Positions 59,488 to 64,000 of a stretch of 64,000 bases of DNA are shown in pieces. The position numbers and the translations under genes are program-made. Location of the stretch: NCBI GenBank assembly GCA_963695095.1, contig CAVOFT010000001.1, positions 1,760,001 through 1,824,000 on the forward strand, given 5' to 3'. How positions within the stretch are numbered: the first letter of the stretch is position 1; the number at the start of each line of letters is the position of its first letter. The stretch is from an uncultured bacterium (GTDB taxonomy: Bacteria; Krumholzibacteriota; Krumholzibacteriia; JACNKJ01). The notes under the pieces were generated by a model. It saw only the letters and a list, made by a program, of their open reading frames with translations, did no database searches and had not been told where the DNA came from.

Positions 59488-62484
59488 CTACTGGGCGCCG
59501 GCCTGTCGCAGTTCCTGGTCCAGGGTTGCCATGCGCTCGCGGGCGAGCGCCGCCCACTCGGCATTGTGAGGATTGTCGGCGATGCGCCGGTAAGCCTGGC
59601 GTGCAGAAGCCAGGTCGCCTGCCTCCTCTTGCAGCGAGGCGATGCGCGCCAGCGCGGCGATTCCGTGATCGTCGGCAAGCGCATTGGGAGCGGCCGCCGC
59701 GGCCTGGTAGGCCGCGAGGGCATCGTCGGCGCGGCCGAGCTTGCTCAGGCACTCGCCGCGCTGGTAGTGGATCTGCACGATGGGAACGCCGGGCTGCCCG
59801 GCGAGCGCCTCGTAGCGGGCGAGGGCCGCCGCCGCGTCGCCGGTCTCGTTCTGGCAGACGTCGGCCATCTGCAACTCGAGTTCCAGCCGGCGCTCATGCT
59901 GGGGGTAGCGCTTCAGGAAGTCCTCGCCGTTGCTGAGGAAGGTGGGCCACTGCTCGAGCTGCCGGTAGCAAAGGCCGGCGTTGAAGAGCCCGAGCGGAGC
60001 AAGTTCGTCCGTTGCGTACTGATCGGCGAGGATCAGGAAGTGCCCCGCGGCCTCGCTGTACTTCTCCTGGGCGTAGAGGATGTGCCCCGCCTTGAGCAGG
60101 GCCGCCGTGGCGAGCGGGCGATCGGGGTAGGTGGCCGTGAAATTCTCGAAGCTGACGCGGGCGCCTTCCAGGTCGCCGAGGGCGAAGCGGCACTCGGCGA
60201 GGTAGAAGAGCGCGTCCGGGGCCACGTCCGCGCTGGGGTAGCGCAGCGTGATGGCCTCCAGGCGCTGGGCCGCTTCCGCGTAGCGCTGGGCCCGGAAGGC
60301 CTCGCTGCCTTGCTCCCAGAGCACCTCGGCCGCGAAGGTGGCATTCGGATTCTGCTCGACGTAGGTCAGCATGTCGCGGCCGCTGCGCAGGAAACAGGCC
60401 TGGATGGCCTGCTGGGCATCGAGCGTGCGCAGGCCATCGGGGTGGGCCTCGACGTAGGCGCTGAAGAGCGCGGCGGCAGCATCGTAGTCGCCCTCGTTGT
60501 AGACGCAATTGGCCTGGTTGAAGAGCGCCTCCTCGGCGGGGGCGCTGTCCGGGAAACGCGCGGCGAGGTCGGTGTAGATCGCCCGCGCCGCGGCGTAGGC
60601 TTGCAGGCCGAACAGGGTGTCGGCGAGCTTGGCGAGCACGGCCGGCATGTCGGCGTAGTCCGGGTGCTCAGCGAGCACGCGCCGCCAGCGCGCCACCGCG
60701 TCTTCGTAGTACTGCAGGGCGTAGAGGCACTCGCCGGACTGGTAGAGGGCCTGGGCGCGCTCCTCGCCGGCGGGCGCGGTGGCGAGGAACTCGTCGAAGA
60801 GGCCAAGCGCCTTGCGGTGCTCCTTGCGATTGAAGTACATGCCCGCGGCCGCCAGGACATTGGCGGGATTCTCGCTGGCCTCGTTGCTGATGACGAGCAG
60901 GTAGCGCTCCTGTTCGAGGGCCGCTTTCTGGTCGTCGCCGAGCTGGCTGTAGCTCGCGGTCATGCCCTGGAGCGCGTAAGGCGCGGCGTCACTGAAGGGA
61001 TAGTCGTTCAGCACGAGCCGATAGAGATCGGCGGCATCCTGGTAGAGCCCAAGCGTGAAGTAGCTCTCCGCGATCAGATAGTAGGTGCGGGCGCGCCAGG
61101 GATTGGGCGTCGGCAGGAGCTTGCGCGCCAGGTGGCGATAGTTGGTGACGATGCGATTGTAGTCATCATCGCCGTAGAAGGACCAGGTGAGCAGGAAGAG
61201 CGCCTTCTCGCCGAGGTCGCTGCCGGTATCCTTGTCCAGGAGCTTGCCCAGTAGGTCGCGAGCGTGCTTGACGTCGTCCAGCTCCAGGTAATCGAGCGAC
61301 TGCATCAGCTGCACGCGCCCCGCCAGGGGATCGCCGGGATAGCGATCCATGAACATGTGCCCGAGGCCGATGCTCTGGTTCCAGTTCTCGTTGCGGGCGT
61401 AGTGGTGCATCATCCGGAAGAGGGCGCTGCTGCTGGTCAGGCCATCGGGGAAGGCCGTCAGGATGGCGCTGAAGGCATGATCGGCCTCGCTCTCGCGCCC
61501 GAGCTGGAAGTAGGCCAGCCCCTGCAGCATGAACACCTTCTCCCGCAGGGGGTCCGCCGGCGGCGCGTCGGCGAGCAGATCGCTCAGGCTGTCCAGGGCG
61601 CGCAGGTAGTCCTCGTCCCGGAACAGGATGGTGGCCAGCTTGAAGCGGGCCGCCAGCGCGTGGCGGCTGTCCGGGTGGGCGGCCAGCACCTCCTCGAAAG
61701 CGCTGCGGGCAAGCTGACGCTGGCCGGAGCGCAGGAAGCTCTCGGCGATGGCGAAGCGCACGTCCTCGGCCAGTGCCGTCGTCGGGTAGCGCACCAGGAG
61801 CTGGCGGTACTGCTGGATGGCCTTGAGGTACTGGCCCTCCTCGGCCAGAGTGCGCGCCGTGTAGTAGCGGGCACGCTCGGACTCCACCTGCTGGAACTGG
61901 GTGCGGGCGGTGGCCAGCTCGCCGCGCTGATAATGGTAGACGCCGTAGGCGAAGCGCAGCTCGGCGCGCTCGCCGTAGCGCGGCCAGGCCGCCACCAGGC
62001 GGTCGGCCGTCGTCTTGAAGTCCTCCCACTCGCCGAGCGCTACCCAGGTTTGCGCCAGGGCGAGCTGGGCGTCGCGCGCGAGGTAGCCGCCGTCGGCGCC
62101 CGCCACGGCCGCGAAGTGCTCGGCGGCGCGAGGGAAGTCGACGAGCGCGAAGGCGCACTGCCCGCGGCGCAGCAGGGCGGCGGCGCGCAGGAGCCCCCGG
62201 GTGCCGCTGGCACCGGGCACGCGGGCGAATTCGGCGTCGGCGGCCTTGAGGTCACCCAGCCGCCAGAGGCACTCGGCCGCCATGTAGCGCGCGCGCCCGC
62301 TGTGCTCGGAGTTCGCGAACTTCTGATCGACCGCGCGATAGGCATCCACGGCCGCCATGCTCGGACCGTCCCGGCGCAGCAGCAGATCGGCAGCATCGAT
62401 GAGCGCGCCGGCCGTCTCCTGTGCGCGGGCCGGGAAGGCCGCGATCGACAGGATGAGCAGGAGCGGCGGGAATCCTTTCCACAT
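59488..62484 (-). CDS. Large exported TPR protein (BamD/CpoB-type repeats)
   Basis: Signal peptide; more than 20 repeats such as YPxSxxAxxALF/YxxAE. Confidence 0.9.
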   Translation of the reverse strand: MWKGFPPLLLILSIAAFPARAQETAGALIDAADLLLRRDGPSMAAVDAYRAVDQKFANSEHSGRARYMAAECLWRLGDLKAADAEFARVPGASGTRGLLRAAALLRRGQCAFALVDFPRAAEHFAAVAGADGGYLARDAQLALAQTWVALGEWEDFKTTADRLVAAWPRYGERAELRFAYGVYHYQRGELATARTQFQQVESERARYYTARTLAEEGQYLKAIQQYRQLLVRYPTTALAEDVRFAIAESFLRSGQRQLARSAFEEVLAAHPDSRHALAARFKLATILFRDEDYLRALDSLSDLLADAPPADPLREKVFMLQGLAYFQLGRESEADHAFSAILTAFPDGLTSSSALFRMMHHYARNENWNQSIGLGHMFMDRYPGDPLAGRVQLMQSLDYLELDDVKHARDLLGKLLDKDTGSDLGEKALFLLTWSFYGDDDYNRIVTNYRHLARKLLPTPNPWRARTYYLIAESYFTLGLYQDAADLYRLVLNDYPFSDAAPYALQGMTASYSQLGDDQKAALEQERYLLVISNEASENPANVLAAAGMYFNRKEHRKALGLFDEFLATAPAGEERAQALYQSGECLYALQYYEDAVARWRRVLAEHPDYADMPAVLAKLADTLFGLQAYAAARAIYTDLAARFPDSAPAEEALFNQANCVYNEGDYDAAAALFSAYVEAHPDGLRTLDAQQAIQACFLRSGRDMLTYVEQNPNATFAAEVLWEQGSEAFRAQRYAEAAQRLEAITLRYPSADVAPDALFYLAECRFALGDLEGARVSFENFTATYPDRPLATAALLKAGHILYAQEKYSEAAGHFLILADQYATDELAPLGLFNAGLCYRQLEQWPTFLSNGEDFLKRYPQHERRLELELQMADVCQNETGDAAAALARYEALAGQPGVPIVQIHYQRGECLSKLGRADDALAAYQAAAAAPNALADDHGIAALARIASLQEEAGDLASARQAYRRIADNPHNAEWAALARERMATLDQELRQAGAQ

Positions 62485-62485
62485 C

Positions 62486-63724
62486 TCAGTTCACCTCGAG
62501 CTGGACGGGGGTCTTCAGCGTCGGATCGTAGTCGCGGATCTCGATCGCAATTTCCTGCGACCAGGGGTCGCCGTACTCGTCGAGCACGACCACGACGACG
62601 CGGTAGTTGCCCGTGGAGACGAGGCGGCCGTGGTCATCGCGGCCATCCCATGCGTAGGTCGCCGGCGGCTCCTTGCTGCCGCGCGCGCTGTGCACCGCGT
62701 TGCCGTCACCGTCGAAGATGGCGAGCTCCCAGCCGCGAGCCTTGCCGCGGAACTGGCTCTTGAGCTCCATCTCCACCTGGTTGCGCTCGCCGCTGGGCGA
62801 GAAGCGCGCGGTGTCGCTGCTGAGGCTGATCCCCGTCGCGACCCCGAAGCGCCAGGTGAAGCTGAGCCGGTGCGAGAGCCCGATCTGGGTATCCGCGACG
62901 GCGTAGTCGAGTTGCCAGGGGCCGTTGCGGTAGCCGCCGCCGGCGCCGTAGCTGCTGCGCTGGGTATCCCAGCCGCTGCGCAGGGCGAAGCCGCCGGGCA
63001 CCCAGAGCTCCCCGCCGGCCTGGAGGCCCAGCGGGGCATCGCCGACGCGGACGACGTCCAGGGTGGCCAGCATGCGGCCGCCCCGCAGGTGCAGCGCGCC
63101 GCCGGCGCGCAGGGTGAGGGGGAAGGTCTCCGCCGTCTTGTAGAGCGTGAGCGTCGGCGGCAGCAGGTTCTGCATCATGAGCCCGAAGCTGAAGAGCCGG
63201 TGCGGCCGGTTGAAGGCCGCCAGATCGAGGCCGGAGGCGCTGGCGCTGAAGCCGGCCAGGCTCTGATTCACGTTGCGGTAACTCGCGGCCAGGCTGAGAG
63301 CGCCGAAGCGGCGGGCGAAGCTGACCTGGATGGAGTTCTGCTGTTCGTCGAAGGTCTCGTCGCTGTCGGCGAGCAGGCTGCTGCGCTCGAAACCGCCCGA
63401 GCTGAGCAGTGCGCCGGCGAGGCCGAGGGTGCCGTAAGCGCCCAGGGGCTGGACGAGGCCCACGTACTCGTAGCGCGTGCCGGTGAGCAGCTCGGCGTGG
63501 AAGAAGAGCAGCTCGGTGCCGCGCACCTGCTCGAGTCCGGCGGGATTGGCGAAGAGGGCGCTGGCGTCGTCGGCCAGACCGGTGGCCGCGCCGCCCATCG
63601 CCAGGCCGCGCGCGCTGGCGGCGAAGCGCAGGAATGAACCGGGCAAGCCGCCCGCCGCCTCCTGGGCGAAGCCCGGACGGGCCGCAAGGAGCAAGAGCGT
63701 GCTGATCAGGATGCGATTTCTCAT
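62486..63724 (-). CDS. PorV/PorQ-family beta-barrel fused to a C-terminal FlgD-like Ig domain
   Basis: Signal peptide; FLRFAASARGLAMGGAATGLADDASALFANPAGL; LDYA...LSHRLSFTWRFG; then WELAIFD...YAWDGRDDHGRLVSTGNY. Confidence 0.82.
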   Translation of the reverse strand: MRNRILISTLLLLAARPGFAQEAAGGLPGSFLRFAASARGLAMGGAATGLADDASALFANPAGLEQVRGTELLFFHAELLTGTRYEYVGLVQPLGAYGTLGLAGALLSSGGFERSSLLADSDETFDEQQNSIQVSFARRFGALSLAASYRNVNQSLAGFSASASGLDLAAFNRPHRLFSFGLMMQNLLPPTLTLYKTAETFPLTLRAGGALHLRGGRMLATLDVVRVGDAPLGLQAGGELWVPGGFALRSGWDTQRSSYGAGGGYRNGPWQLDYAVADTQIGLSHRLSFTWRFGVATGISLSSDTARFSPSGERNQVEMELKSQFRGKARGWELAIFDGDGNAVHSARGSKEPPATYAWDGRDDHGRLVSTGNYRVVVVVLDEYGDPWSQEIAIEIRDYDPTLKTPVQLEVN

Positions 63725-63741
63725 GATGCTTACCTCGCCGG

Positions 63742-64000
63742 CTACTTGATCACCGCGATTTTGCGCTGCAGCAGTTGGCCGCCCGTGCGAACGGTGCACA
63801 GGTAGCCGCCATTGCCGACCACCTCACCCCGGCCGTTCCTGCCGTCCCAGGGCACCTGGTAGGTCTGGCCGGCGCCGGTCGCCAGCTCGTGGGTCCAGAC
63901 CAGATTGCCGAAATGGTCGTGGATGCGCAGAACGGCGGTGCCGTCGGCGCGGGCGATGAAGAGGATGACGGTTTCCTCGCGGCCGGCCTGGAAGGGGTTG
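63742..64000 (-). CDS. 3' end of a protein with FlgD/T9SS-type C-terminal domain (partial, runs off the window; not in the ORF track)
   Basis: My translation: NPFQAGREETVILFIARADGTAVLRIHDHFGNLVW...WDGRNGRGEVVGNGGYLCTV...QRKIAVIK*. Confidence 0.8.
   Translation of the reverse strand, partial: NPFQAGREETVILFIARADGTAVLRIHDHFGNLVWTHELATGAGQTYQVPWDGRNGRGEVVGNGGYLCTVRTGGQLLQRKIAVIK

Overview
A high-GC (roughly 70%, by eye) bacterial chromosomal segment that is almost fully coding. It contains no rRNA, tRNA, CRISPR array or mobile element that I can support. The gene content (gingipain-like C25 peptidase with FlgD/T9SS-type C-terminal domain, PorV-like barrels, secreted proteins ending '...IKALY') suggests an uncultured FCB-group lineage such as Krumholzibacteriota, Latescibacterota or Eisenbacteria; this is inference. 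In order, the window holds: (1) a complex I operon nuoA-C-E-F-H-J-K-L-M-N that cleanly lacks nuoB, D, G and I, with about 9 single-base insertions in nuoL/nuoM that look like consensus artefacts; (2) a SpoIVB/S55 peptidase, beta-propeller, DUF1611 + dipeptide epimerase, LOG-like, GT-C and DUF212 operon; (3) a ParA fused to an AMPK-type glycogen-binding CBM48, followed by a degenerate ParA/MinD-fold partner and a small ORF; (4) tldD/tldE, a C25 peptidase, a 5'-nucleotidase, lipoproteins, an orphan histidine kinase with a sigma54-type promoter, an M24 peptidase, an orphan TonB and an amidohydrolase; (5) two paralogous secreted proteins with a shared C-terminal motif, opposite a cargo + PorV-like + OM barrel + rhomboid operon; (6) dapF, an ABC exporter, nitrilase, Nudix, acyl-CoA dehydrogenase-etfBA, a candidate structured sRNA and trpS; (7) a minus-strand operon joining a T9SS-type cargo and PorV-like barrel to TPR, ExbB, two ExbD, TonB and an OmpA-like protein. 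The best candidates for undescribed systems are the ParA-CBM48 module (glycogen-granule positioning?), the PorV/TonB-ExbBD operon, the 'S-x-S-x-I-[KR]-A-L-Y' C-terminal signal and the split complex I. All calls come from motif recognition by eye; no searches were run.
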